Assembly: GCF_009914755.1 (NCBI RefSeq)
Contig: NC_060941.1
DNA: 64,000 bases
Source of the DNA: the human T2T-CHM13v2.0 reference genome, Homo sapiens
Strand: one strand, 5' to 3'
The notes under the pieces are model-generated. The model was not told the DNA's origin. It did no database searches and saw only the letters and a program-made list of their open reading frames with translations. The position numbers and the translations under genes are program-made. The number at the start of each line of letters is the position of its first letter. Within the stretch, counting starts at the first letter, position 1. Below are positions 1 to 28,953 of the stretch, piece after piece.

Positions 1-562
1 AACTCAATTTCAGATTTTGGTGAACATTTACTCAATGCCTGAGCAATTATTCTTTCCTTAAAAATCAGTCTCTGGGAGGCCTAGGTGGGAAGATCACTTG
101 AAGCCAGGAGTTGGAGACTAGGCTGGGCAACATAGCAAGATCCCATCTCTATTCAAACAAACAAATAAACAAAAATCAATCTCTAGTAACAGAATAATTT
201 GTACATAAATAAGTGGTGCTCAAGTCGTTTTTTAAAAGATTGAAAGCCTCTGTTTGTCTCCTCTACAAAAGGGGCTACACTTCCTCTTTACCCTCATTCC
301 CTGCCTGTTTGGCTGAGCACAAATTATGCCACTGAGCCACACACTGTTACTGTTCCTTGGCACTTTGATCTGTTGCCTCATCTTTTTCTCAACAGCCTTG
401 CAAAATTGGTGAGCTTATTCCCATTTTACAGATGGGATTTGATATTAACTCTGAGGTTCAGAAAGGCCACAGAGCTAATACCAAGCTGGCTCCTTCCTAA
501 GGGCCTTTACGACACTTGGGGGTCTTCTCTTCTCTGCCCCTGCCTGGATATGTGTTGCTTGA

Positions 563-11863
<11,301 letters not shown>

Positions 11864-12095
11864 GGTGACCCGGCTGGGTCGGCCCTGCCCAAGGGCCTCC
11901 CACCAGAGACTGGGATGGGAACACTGGTGGGCAGCTGAGGACACACCCCACACCCCAGCCCACCCTGCTCCTCCTGCCCTGTCCCTGTCCCCCTCCCCTC
12001 CCAGTCCTCCAGACCACCAGCCGCCCCAGCCCCTTCTCCCAGCACACGGCTGCCTGACACTGAGCCCCACCTCTCCAAGTCTCTCTGTGAATACA

Positions 12096-12101
12096 ATTAA
12101 A
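12096..12101 (+). terminator. ACE: ACE proximal polyadenylation signal (ATTAAA)
   Basis: ATTAAA about 230 nt after the stop codon. Confidence 0.7.
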
Positions 12102-12845
12102 GGTCCTGCCCTCCCCATCTGAGTCTGTGTCCCTCACAGGGAAGCCAGGGACAGGGACAGGCTGCTTTCCTGCCTCCTGGCAGTCAAGTGGGTCCCGTTA
12201 CTAGGTTTGTTCCTCCATCCTCCTTCAGGAGCCGGGGAGGATCCCCAGAGCTCTGCCCCAGCACCTCCTGGCGCTGGCGCCTGTCTTCCCTCCAGCCCAG
12301 GCAGCCCGCCACTGTCCTGCCACCGCAGGCAGCCCCTGTCTGGCCCAAGCACTGACCCACGCGGACTCTGGGAAGCAGACATCCTGGGCTGCTGGCCTCA
12401 CATTTCCACTGGCAGTGGAGCCTTTCCCTGCTCCACAAATGGCCAGGTCCCCCCAGGGGAAGGCTTCCGGCTGTTATCGGCTGCCTCAGGGGGCGAGTAC
12501 CTTGGAGGGCCTGCTTCAAGGAGGGTGCCCCCTGGAGGGCACACACCAGCCTAGTGCTTACCTTGGCTCCTGCCTGTACCAGCTCCATGACTCTCTGCTC
12601 GGGTGAACAGCCTTGGCTCTCAGACAGCCATTCTAACACTGCCAGTGCAGAGGGGCCTCAGACGCTGGAGTGTAGCAGTGGCTGCACCTGCACAGGGATT
12701 AGCTGCCAGCAGCCACCCTGCTGGCGTCCCAGCACACACCTCCTCACTCCCTGCATTGGAGGGAGTGTCATTTTGAGGGACATTTTTATGACTTTTATGT
12801 GTATGTTTATGTAGAAATTTGGAAAATACAGAAAACTGTAAAGAA

Positions 12846-12851
12846 AATAAA
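12846..12851 (+). terminator. ACE: ACE distal polyadenylation signal (AATAAA)
   Basis: AATAAA with upstream U-rich tracts and downstream GT-rich sequence (gttttggtgt). Confidence 0.65.
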
Positions 12852-13494
12852 AGCCCTTTATATCAACGTCAAGAGATAAGCCCTGTTGACGTTTTGGTGT
12901 ACAACTTGCCGGACTTCTTCTCAGCACATGTGTATTTTAAATGGGATCACACCATATTTACAGTCATACATCCTTTTATCACTTCATACAACTAGATCTG
13001 TTTTTCTGATATTTAAATGCCAGACTTCGAACTTGGCCAATAGAAGTTGGTCCATTTGCTGGGGCCAGGGGCTCCCCAGCCACCCGGGCCCCTCTGTCAA
13101 ACCCTCAGCCCTGAGTCTCTTCTGGGCTTTGCTGATGTCTTCACCCTAGCTAGGTCCATCTCCCAATATCTGTCCCCCTTAGTCCACAGCTTTTGCCCCC
13201 CAATCCAGGTGCCGTGCGTGTCTCTGTGTGTCCGTGTCTGTGTGTGCGTTGTACACAGGCTTGGCTGTTACAGGCCCATTCTGTAAGGCAGGATGTGGGG
13301 CTGAGGTATTTTAGGATTGAAAGAGGGTGGAAGTTTATGATTACATAGGACAATGGAATTTATAAACATGTCCTCTAAATGGTTCCAAGTCATCTACCAA
13401 TGAAGACTTCTTGAATTATCCCCCCTTTTCCCAGCCTGTTTTGAAAGCTCTTTGTTTACCAGACAAAGGTCATCATCATATGACCCTCTTTGCC

Positions 13495-14997
<1,503 letters not shown>

Positions 14998-15360
14998 GCG
15001 TTTTCTTTCTTACGGTTCTTATCAACCCTCTCAGCGTTGCCATGAAGATGAAATGAGATGATGTACAAAGTCCTAGTAGAGTGTCTTCTCTTTATAATGA
15101 ATGCATCGTCTCCTGAGAAAGCTAGTTTCATAACAACCCCAGATCAGCCAAGTCCAGATCAGCCCTCTCACTTGAGACAGGAAGAGGACCCGGGGCAACT
15201 GGGTGCCGGAGCTGGACTGAAAACTCCCATCTCCCAGCTGCCTTCCAGGAACTTCCCCACCACACGTCCTTGCACAACCAGTCAACTGTCTTCTTACTGG
15301 GAGCACACAGAGCTCGTCCACTGGGGGCCCACAGCTTGCCTCAGTTCCAGGAGTACTCAG

Positions 15361-15988
15361 CCATCTCCCTGTGTCGCCTCTCCCTCATCATCCCTCCCCA
15401 TGTCACATCTCCCTCAGCCTCTCCGTGTTACCTCTCCCTCATCCTCCCTCCCCATGTTGCCTCTCCCTCATCCTCTCTCTCATCCTCCCTGCCCGTGTCG
15501 CCTCTTCCTCATCCTCTCCCTCATCCTCTCCCTCTTCCTCTCTCCCCATCTCTCCTCTCCCTCATCCTCCCTCCCCATGTCACTTCTCCCTCATCGTCTC
15601 CCTCATCCTCCCTCCCTGTGTCGCTTCCGCCTCATCTCCCCTCCCCATGTCACCTCTGCCTTATCCTCTCTCTCATCCTCTCTCCCCATCTCTCCTCTCT
15701 CTCATCCTCCCTCCCCATGTCGCCTCTTCCTCATCCTCTCTCCCTATGTCACCTCTCCCTCATCCTCTCCCTCATCCTCTCTCCCTATGTCATCTCTCCC
15801 TCATCCTCTCTCCCTATGTCACCTCTCCCTCATCCTCTCTCCCAATGTCATCTCTCCCTCATGCTCCCTCCCCGTGTTGCCTCTTCTTCATCCTCTCCCT
15901 CATCCTCTCCCTCATCCTCCCTCCCTGTGTCGCTTCTGCCTCATCCTCTCTCCCCATGTCTCCTCTCCCTCATCATCTCCCCTCACCT
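15361..15988. repeat. Pyrimidine-rich minisatellite (about 30-40 bp degenerate unit CCTCTCCCTCATCCTCCCTCCCCATGTCA)
   Basis: Repeated CCTCTCCCTCAT / CCCCATGTC blocks; almost no G on the + strand. Confidence 0.9.
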
Positions 15989-16469
15989 TCGAGGATCCCC
16001 ATAAGACCCTGCCTGGGGATTTCTATCTTGCCCTCTGTCTCCTAACTCTTGCTCATAGCGCTCACCCCATTTCCTGTCCTGTGTGCCTGGCGATTCCCCA
16101 CCTGTGTCCTCCAGGCCCGGTGCTTCTGATTTTTAGCCTACTGTTTAATCTGGCTGTCGAGAGTTTTGTCGTTCCAATTTAATCCCTATATTTTTCATTT
16201 TAGCATCCCTGCTTCTTTCAAACCTCCTGGGTTTTCATAAACGCCTGTTTTTGCCTCACAGATTCTGTTCTCTGAATCACTTTAAAGACCTGGTTTTTTT
16301 AATTGTGGCAAAATATACATAATGTAAACTCACCATCTTAACCATTTTTAAGTGTACAATTCAGTGGCACTAAGTACATTCACATTGTTAATTGTTGTGC
16401 AGCCATCACCACTGTCCATCTCCAGAACAGTTTCATTTTTCTGTGTGTGACAAGGTGCCCCCAAAAAGT

Positions 16470-17036
<567 letters not shown>

Positions 17037-17267
17037 TCTGTACCCATTAAACAGTAAAATCATACAGTATTTGTTTTGTCTCTGGCTTGTCTCAGCATAA
17101 TGTTTTCAGTGTTTATCCATGTTATAGGATGTGTCAGAATTTCCTTCCCTCTTAAGGCTGAGTAATATTACATTACATGTATATACCACATTTTGTTTAT
17201 CCATTCATTCATCCATGAACATATGGGTTTCCACCTTTTGGTTATGGTGAATAATGTTACTATGAAC

Positions 17268-17827
17268 TGTAAAAAAAAGTAATTCAAAATCAAAGCTGTT
17301 GAAACTTTAAATTATTCTGAGCCTTGAAGGAAAGTAATTTTGGGACCTGAGTCACTTACGGGCAGCTATGAACTTTGTTTCCTTGATTATAGATTACTCC
17401 TTTTCCCCTTAGCTACATCATTTTGTAAAATGTTATAAAAGACTGAAGGGTGCCATAGAAGTTCCCTTTCCTCTTTTCTGTTGAACTTCATTATAGATGA
17501 TTAACTTCCCTCTTCCTTCTCCTACGCAAAGACCTCACGACTGTCACATTGTCCAAGATGTGTTAAATGTACTCTTTTAAACTGAAAAAAAGAAAATAAG
17601 CTATTACTAATCAAATTGCTGTACCTCATAAACCAAACTTATATGGGAAATGTTGTGATTCTACCTAATTTCTTAGTTTTCTGACTATAAAGTAAGACCT
17701 TAAACTTTTCAGCTTCAGAGCACTGACCCCATTTCTTTGGAGCCTGTGAGAATGGCCGTCCTCAGCTTCACGCTCGAATAAACCTGTTAAACTGGATTCT
17801 GATCTTTTTTATTATTTCAGGTTGACA
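17268..17827 (+). mobile_element. Solo LTR, ERV1/MER4-group-like, inserted in L1
   Basis: TGT...ACA termini, 4-bp TSD GAAC (17264-17267 / 17828-17831), internal TATAAA and AATAAA. Confidence 0.8.
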
Positions 17828-18113
17828 GAACACTGTGTGCAAATATCTGTTTGAGTCCCAGCTTTCAGTTCTTTTGTGTATATACCCAGGAGGATTGCCC
17901 GATCATATGGTAATTCTATGCTTCATTTTTTTTGAGGACCCACCAGACTGTTTTCCGCAGCGGCTCTGCCATTTTCCCCCTAGCAATGCACAAGGTTTCC
18001 AATTTCTCCACACGTTGACCGACTCTTGTTTTCTGTTTTTTTGATAACAGCCATCCTAATGGGTGTGAAGTGGTGGCTTTGATTTGCCTTTCCCTAATAA
18101 TTAGTGATATTGA

Positions 18114-19196
<1,083 letters not shown>

Positions 19197-19800
19197 TAAA
19201 TGTACTCTTTTAAATTGAAAAAAGAAAATAAGCTGTGATCCATTTTTGAGCTAATTTTTATACATGGCATAAAGACCTGCATTTTAAGTCCCTTTTGGAT
19301 TGCTCTGCTACTTGTCCTTCCTCCATTGCAGTCTGCTTCATTCATTGTGTCTGCAGTTTAGCACAAGCTCTGGAACCAACCATATGAATTTGAGTCCCAC
19401 TTCCACCATCTGCTGGCTGTGTGACTATGAGCAAATTCCTCAACCGTTCTGTACCTCTCTTTCCTCATCTGTAAAATGGGAGCGTTGATCACAGTACTTA
19501 CCTCATGGGTTTCTTGTGAGGATTCATATGTTGAAAGCCCCCAGATGGTCCCTGGCACCTGGAACCAACCCACAGTGAGGGTTGGTAATTATTATTGTCC
19601 CTCCTAAAACTGGATTTTCTCTTATACTTGGTAAACTGTACCTATCAGCCATCTTCAGTTGGGTTGGAATGGCCTGCACAATCCCATGCATGCACCTGAC
19701 GCTTGCAGGGGCTCCCAGCTTGGCAGAGACGCCATTTCCATCGGGATCAGCTATCCCCCCACACCAATGCTGCAGCTCTCTGGATGGATGCACCCTGACC

Positions 19801-20123
19801 TCCCCTGTGTTAGAGGAGAGGTGGGCGTGTTGAATCATGGAGGCAGACTTCTCCTTTGCCGTTCTCGTGATAGTGACTGAGTTCTCAGGATCTGGTTGTT
19901 TAAAAGTGTGTAGCGCCTCCCCCTTCTCTCTCTCTCCTGCCACCATGTGAAGATGTGCCTGCTTCCCTTTCGCCTTCCACCATGATTGTAAGTTTCCTGA
20001 GGCTTCCCCAGCCGTGCTTCCTGTACAGCCTGTGGAACTGTAGAGCCAACTAAACCTCTTTTCTTTATAAATTACCCAGTCTCAGGTAGTTCTCTATAGC
20101 AATGTGAGAATGGACTGTCTACA
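19801..20123 (+). mobile_element. MST-family MaLR LTR
   Basis: ccatgtgaagatgtgcctgcttcccctt...catgattgtaagtttcctgagg...ttacccagtctcaggtagttc-like motifs. Confidence 0.8.
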
Positions 20124-20785
20124 TGCTTGAAGCAGGAAGGGAGACTTTCCTGTGAGCTCAGTCGATCAGCTTAACCAGAAGTGTCACTATTTTTTTCTTT
20201 CTTTCCTCATGTTATAAATATATTTTACCCATAATGGATCATATTGGGGGGTTATTTGGTCAGTTTCTCTAGTCGTGGTATCAGCCCATGTGTAGAGGTA
20301 GGGCCTTTTTGAAGATGTGAGCCATTGTGGGCTGAGAGTGATGGAAGGCAACCCAGGGTACAGGGATTCTGAGTGTGGAGGGAAGTGAGTCTGAGGAGAA
20401 ATCCAAGGTGAGACAGATGGAGCTGGCCTCCACAGACCTCAGTGCAAGAGTACTGGGGGTGACCACAGGCCTACAGAGAGCTGGTGTCTTGCCAGCTGGT
20501 TTTCAGATCAGGCTCAGGTACTCATGGGCATGCACCCTGGATGGAGGGTGCCCGCCTCACCTCTCCACACCCCACCCAGTCCCTACCTTGTGTGCCCTCT
20601 CCTAATTGCAAACTCATAACATCAGGGTCTCCCTGGAGAAATAGGTATGATGGGGAGGGCCCTGCACAGCCCTGGGGTTGATTGCACAGCCCATAAGAGA
20701 GAAAAAGCCCAAACATGTGAACATAAGAGGTCAAGTTAGAAGAACCTAGAGAGATAACCTGGCTTCCAGAGACCCAGATATATCA

Positions 20786-20839
20786 CATCCATCCATCCAT
20801 CCATCCATCCATCCATCCATCCATCCATCATCCCATCCA
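20786..20839. repeat. (CATC)n tetranucleotide microsatellite
   Basis: About 11 tandem CATC units. Confidence 0.92.
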
Positions 20840-21134
20840 CCTGCTCAGAAGTGGTCCCAGCCTATGGAGGGAGGGCCTCATCAATCCCTGGCCATAACCC
20901 AAGGGTGGCTCAAGCCCCAGGGAAAAGTGGCCGAGGAGAGCAGAACAAGTTCTGGCCTAAAAGTCAAGACCCCTGGTTCCTCTTTTTGGCTCGCCATTAG
21001 CTAACTACATGAACCAGATCATTTGGCTTGACTTTCTGGACCTCAGTCTCCCCACCTGTAAAATGGGGACAGTTGGACCAGGAGGTGGATGGGGATTTCC
21101 AGTTCTAACATTCTGTAGCTGAGCCTCTGGCCTC

Positions 21135-21142
21135 TGACGTCA
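21135..21142 (+). promoter_or_regulatory. ACE3P: Perfect palindromic CRE (TGACGTCA) upstream of the ACE3P leader exon
   Basis: TGACGTCA 44-51 bp upstream of ATG 21186. Confidence 0.6.
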
Positions 21143-24100
21143 CAATATGGAGCTGGCCTCACCCAGCTCTGCTGCTCTGTTGGTCATGGGAGCAAGGTGG
21201 ACTTGCCCTGGACCTTCCCTACTTGTGCTCCTCTGTTATGGGCAGCTCTTGCCTTGGCTCAGGATCAAGGGTGAACACAGTTTAGGTGTGGCTGGGACCC
21301 CAAGAAGCATGGGACCAGACAAAGGGACTGGGTGCGGACAGGACCTTCTCAGCACATGATGCCCATATCCTTCCCTGCAGATGACTTCTACAATGAGACC
21401 GAGACCAAGATCTTCCTGCAGTTTTATGACCAAACAGGTGAAGTTGTGTTGAACAAGTTCATGGAGGCCACTTGGAACTATGTCACCAATATCACCAGGA
21501 AAAATCAGGAGGAGATGATGTGATACCACCTCCACCCCAGCCTCTCCTCTCTTTGCTCTTTTTAGGGATTTGGGACCATGGGGCACCACACCTCCTGCCC
21601 CCATCCCAAGCAAGAGGAACAAGGGAAGCCCCAGTGTACATGTCAAAGAGGGCTGCAAGCTCTGGGCCTCCTGGAAGCCCTAATCTTCCTCCAGGCAAGA
21701 ATCTCTTGCTTCTTGTCCTTTGTAAATCTCACCTCCTTGCTTTTAGAGATCCAGGTTTCTGCCCTCTCCCTCTCAGCAAATCTTGCTCCCTAAGCCAATG
21801 GGATTAGGGAGTCAGTTAGGGTGCCATGGCCCTGGAGGTCAAGTGGGACCCTTCCCCTGTCCCCCAACCTTGGTGGCTCTCTTTGCAGCTGCACAAGGAC
21901 ATGGAGAGGTCCCAGTTCATGATTTACTTTGGCACCCAGGCCCACCTGTTTAAAGTCACCCAGTTCAAGGACCCGGATGTGAATGGCATGCTGAGTAAGC
22001 TGCAGAACATAGACAAGGCGGCTCTGTCCAAGGACGAGCTGCGGGAGGTGATGGATGGAACCCCCAGGCCTTTAGGCACATGCTCCCTGGTCCTAGGGGT
22101 CTGGTAGGGGAGACAGAGTGCCTGGGGCAGGAGGGAGGCAGGGAGTGGAGGAAGGGCAGGATCAGAACTTCCTCTGGAGAAGGAGAGGAGTAGAGGTGGG
22201 GGTACCGATCTCTCCTGGCTGGTGGGGCGAGCACTGGGGGGGGACCTGGGGCACCAGCCTACCCTGGGTAACACCTGTCCCCCCAGTATAACGAGCTTCT
22301 GGCCTACCTGGAGATGACATACAGTATGGCCCAGGTGTGCCTGAATGAGGGGCCCTGCCTGTCCCTGGAGTCTGGTGAACACCCAAGCCCTGTCCCACCC
22401 AACCACAGAATCTCCAGCACTCAGTCCCTTCCAGGGGCCCCTCCCAGCCCCCAACCACCCTCCCTTATTGCCAGGAGGGTGAGGGAAGAGGCAAGTGGGA
22501 GTGGGTCCCCCATGGCTCCTTTTCTGGGCATAGAACTCGAAGTCATGGCCACCTCCAGGGACAAAGAGGAGCTGCTGTGGGCCTGGCAGGGCTGGCAGGA
22601 TGCCGTGGGCCGCCAGATCTGCACCACCTTCGAGCACTATGTGGAGCTCAGCAACAAGGCTGCACAGCTCAACGGTGAGCAGATGGGATGCCACAGAGCT
22701 TGGAGTGATGGCAAGGAAGGGGCAAAGCTGAGCTTTCCCAGAGTGAAGGTGGCCGTAGGGCCCTGGAGACAGGACCTATGAGCCCTGCAGCTGGGCTCTC
22801 CAAATATTCATAGAGCACCTAGGTGCTAGGTGCTGGGGAGGTTCTGACGACACATAGGTGAAAAGACAGGCACCTGCCCTCATGCACCTACGGTCCTGCA
22901 GGGAGACAGACCATATTCAGTAAACACCTGTCTCTCACTACCATCTGGGGTGATGCGGAATAGGAAGAGGCTGCTGAGAAAGAGAATGAGAAGAGGCTGC
23001 TGCAGACAAGTGGACAGGGAAGGACTCTGACATTTATCCAAGACCTGAAAGATGGGCAAAAGACGGGAAGCAAGATGTGAAAGAAGAGCAGCCTAGGCAG
23101 AGGCTCCGCGGCAGGAGGAGCCGGTGCTCTGGAAGACCTGAAAGAAGCCCAGGTGGCCACAGGGCTAAGGATGAGGTGGGATAAGAGGGGACTCAGGGCC
23201 TTGCAGGCATGGTGGGGAGCTCGGATCATGGACTTTGCTCAGTGCCTTTCTGAAATGGGCAGGTATTCTCCCCGTTTTGCCAAAGAAGACCCAGACGGTC
23301 AGCGAGGTTGAGTGGCTTCCCTAGAAGGCGTCTGGGTATCCTGTCAGCTAGGCCATGGCTAAAGGGTGAGATGGTGAGCTCCTGGTGAGTCCTCTCTCCT
23401 GTCCTAGGTTACAAAGACATGGGGGCCTTGTGGCACTCCAAGTATGAGTCGGATACCCTGGAGCAAGACCTGGAGCGGCTATTCCAGGAGCTGCGGCCAC
23501 TCTACCTGAACCCGCACACCTACGTGCGCAGGGCCCTCCACCGCCACTATGGGCCCGAGCTCATCGACCTGAGGGGGCCCATCCCTGCCCACCTCCTGGG
23601 TAAAGGCCCTGCTGGTGGCCGAGGTGAGTGCCAGATAAGGGCAGAGACTGTCTCCAGCCTCCTCTTAGCCCCTCTCCTCCTCTTCCAGAGAACACGTTGG
23701 CTCAGTCCTGGGTCAACATCTTAGACCCGGTCCTGCCCTTCCTGAAGAAGATCCCAGAGGATGTCACAAAGATCATGAAAGTCCAGGTTAGTGCTTGGCC
23801 TGTCTGTCCCTGCCCCTCCCCATTGGCATCCTTGGACAAACAGGGCAGCGCCCCCCACACCCCCTCTTCTCCCATAGCACTGGAAGCCAGAGAAAATGTT
23901 GGAAGAGGCTGAGACATTCTTCACCTCCTTGGCGCTGCCACCTGCCCCACCCAGTTTCTGGAAAAAGTTGATGCTAATGAGGCCAACCGATGGGCGAGAG
24001 GTGGAGTGTCACATCTCTGCCTGGAACTTCTACCAGGACGACGATTTCAGGTGCTCACAGCGGCACCACACACCCGGTCCTCTCCTCTGCCCTGTCTGGC

Positions 24101-24239
24101 TGTCTTAGGTATGGGCAGGGGAAAGCCAGGGCAGAGGAGGGAGAAGGCAAGTGAGAAACACAGAAGGAAAGGTGACGTGAGAGGAAAGGGCTTGGTTGCT
24201 GGGTGGATATGGGGCCTGGAGTAAGAAAGAACAATTGCC

Positions 24240-24866
<627 letters not shown>

Positions 24867-25767
24867 TCAGGTGATGAGGATCAAGGGCCCAGCAGGAGGG
24901 CAGCACAAGCCTGGGACCGCAGCTAGGGCTTGGTGGGGTCAGGGCTCTCGGGCAAAGCTACGGGAAGGAGATCCCAGGGGTTGCCTCTTGACTGCCCTCA
25001 CCCTCTTCCCAGAGGATGAGGTCAATTTCCTGATGCATATTGCCCTGGAGAAGATCGCCTTCATCCCCTTTGGCTACCTGATGGACCTGTTTCGCTGGAA
25101 GGTCTTTGACGGCACCATCTGGAAGGACATCTACAATCAGGAGTGGTGGAACCTCAGGTGGGTTGGGCACCATCTTCCACCAGATGGGCCATTTCCAGGA
25201 CTTTCTGCAGCACAAGAACCTCTCTAATCTTCCACACAGGCACTGAGCAGGTCTTTTAGCCTTTCTAGGCTTCAGTCTCCTCATCTGTGAAAAATGGACC
25301 CTGGTGATGGCCCCACCTGCTCCCTGGGTAGCTGGGAAGCTCACACAATGATTGCAACTGAGCTTCTCTAATCACAGAACACTGACCACCAGGCAGGCCC
25401 TCCCAAACCTCCCTCCCTTCCTGGTGCCAGGCAATGGAGTGTGCGGGGGCCTGAGCACTTTCCTTTCTGGGGAAAGACTCCCCATGGGAGAGAGGCAGGC
25501 CCCTAAAATGCACGCATGCCTGCCTCGGGCTTAACATCCCCAAGCTGCCATGGGAACCCACCAGCAGTTGGGAGGCATCACTCTCGAGTGAGGGACCCCC
25601 GTGTTACACCTCATCACTGACCCCTGGCCATTTGATGGGATAATAAATGCCTGTGACCAGGGCTCCTCCATATGTGGCAGGCCGCGGACTGACCAGCTTC
25701 AGTCTGCTGGTCATAGTGTGATTCGGGGTTGCCAGGGGGTGCTCCTGGCTCTGCAACAGGCTCTTAC

Positions 25768-26909
<1,142 letters not shown>

Positions 26910-27369
26910 TGACTGTGACTGGCTCTGTGTCCTGAGGCCAATTCCCTGATCTCCAAACCTTGGTTTCCTCATCTGCAAAATGGGAATAATAGTAGTACTG
27001 CCCCACAGTGATGTTACTCTTTTTTCTTCTCAAGACTTCTTACTAGATGAAATGACCTTGTTTATTGGTCTATAATCTGTCCCCCACTGTTAGGATGCAA
27101 GCAGGGGCCTTGCCTCCCCCGCTCCCCCACTGGTCCCTCCCCCAGAGACCAGGACGGTGTTGAGTGCATGATGCGTGAGTCTATGTGGAGAGCCAGACAT
27201 GGTTCTGAGCATAGAGGAAGTGTTCAGTCAGTGTTAACTGCTATTGTTTTACTCTGATTCCCAATCCCATGTGTTTTCATTTATTTAATCAATAAAAATG
27301 CATTAGGTATCCTCAGCCTGCCAAGTCCAGTTTTGATAGACACGTAGGTGCTTTGAAAAGAAAAAGGCA

Positions 27370-27640
27370 GGCCAGGTGCGGTGGCTCACGCCTATAATCC
27401 CAGCTACTTGGGAAGCTGAGACAAGAGACGCACTTGAACCCAGGATGGGGAGGTTACAGTGAGCTGAGATCACGCCACTGAACTTCAGCCTGGGCAACAG
27501 GGCAAGACTCTGAAAAAAAAAAAAAAAGAAAGAAGAAAAGAAGGAAAGGAAGAAAGGAGGGAGGGAGGGAGGGAGGGAGGGAGGGAGGGAAGGAAGGAAG
27601 GAAGGAAGGAAGGAAGGAAGGAAGGAAGGAAGGAAAAGAA
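27370..27640 (+). repeat. Internally deleted Alu whose tail runs into a (GGGA)n(GGAA)n microsatellite
   Basis: Alu head joined to the right arm at TAATCCCAGC; purine tract about 27512-27642. Confidence 0.85.
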
Positions 27641-28623
27641 AGAGGCTCTGAGAACCTGCCAGACACCACCACCAAGCCCTCTGCCTTTTCCCTGCCAGGT
27701 TGAAATACCAGGGCTTGTGCCCCGCTATTCCTCACTCAGAGGAAGACTTTGATCCAGGTGCCAAGTTCCACTTTTCTGCTGGTGTGCCCTACATACGGTA
27801 AAGGTCTGGGCCCTGTTAGCAGTGCCAGTCCTAGGAGTTGAGGGGCATGGGAACTGGGGTGAGGATTTGCAGGAAGGCCCTAGGTCCAAATGTCACCCTG
27901 TACCCGTGCCCATCTCTTCCTGTTGGGCTGCGCAGCCTTCTGAGGCCTCTGACCTAGAATCCTTTGAGCTTTTGCATCAGGTCCAGTGTAGAGGGCAGAG
28001 CTGATGAGAATATTCTAGACCATCCCTGCTGTCCCTTGGAGGAGAGCAGGTCAGAGGGGGGCAAGGGTTGGGGTGACTGCTGGTTCAGAAAGCTAGAGAA
28101 GGAGAGCCCCCCAGCACTCTAGGGTCAGCCCAAGACTGGGCCCTGCCCAAGGAGCCTCCGCTCAGGCAGTGACTGCTGACATGGGGCCCTCGTGGCCACT
28201 GCATGTCAGAGCTGCCTGGTCCCAAGTGGCTCTGAGTTTCCCACTCCTGGTCTCCACTCCCCAGCCTGCCCTCACGTTTCTCAACCAGGTACTTCCTCAG
28301 TCTGGTGCTCCAGTTCCAGTTCCACGAAACACTGTGCAAAGCCTCGGGCCACATGGGTCCACTGCACCAGTGTGACATCTACAACTCCAAGATTGCCGGG
28401 AAGCTCCTGGGGTGAGTGCCCTCTCCTTCATTTGTTCTGGGCTCCCCCATCTCCCTTTAAGGAAGTCCTGCTCCAGGCTCCCTCTCCACACCTGACTACA
28501 CTAGACACCTTGAGCAGAGCTTCATTAAGCTTATATTCTAGCGGAATTTCTTCCTCATGTCAGACTGCAGTCTTTCCTACATTAATCAGAGCCCATTTCC
28601 TCTTGTGCAGCCTTCTGTGTTCA

Positions 28624-28953
<330 letters not shown>

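Noticed and set aside
15058-16182. Long ORFs of 374, 244 and 224 aa in all three + frames
   Set aside because: They arise from the stop-free CT minisatellite and are low-complexity S/P/L/H sequence with no domain.
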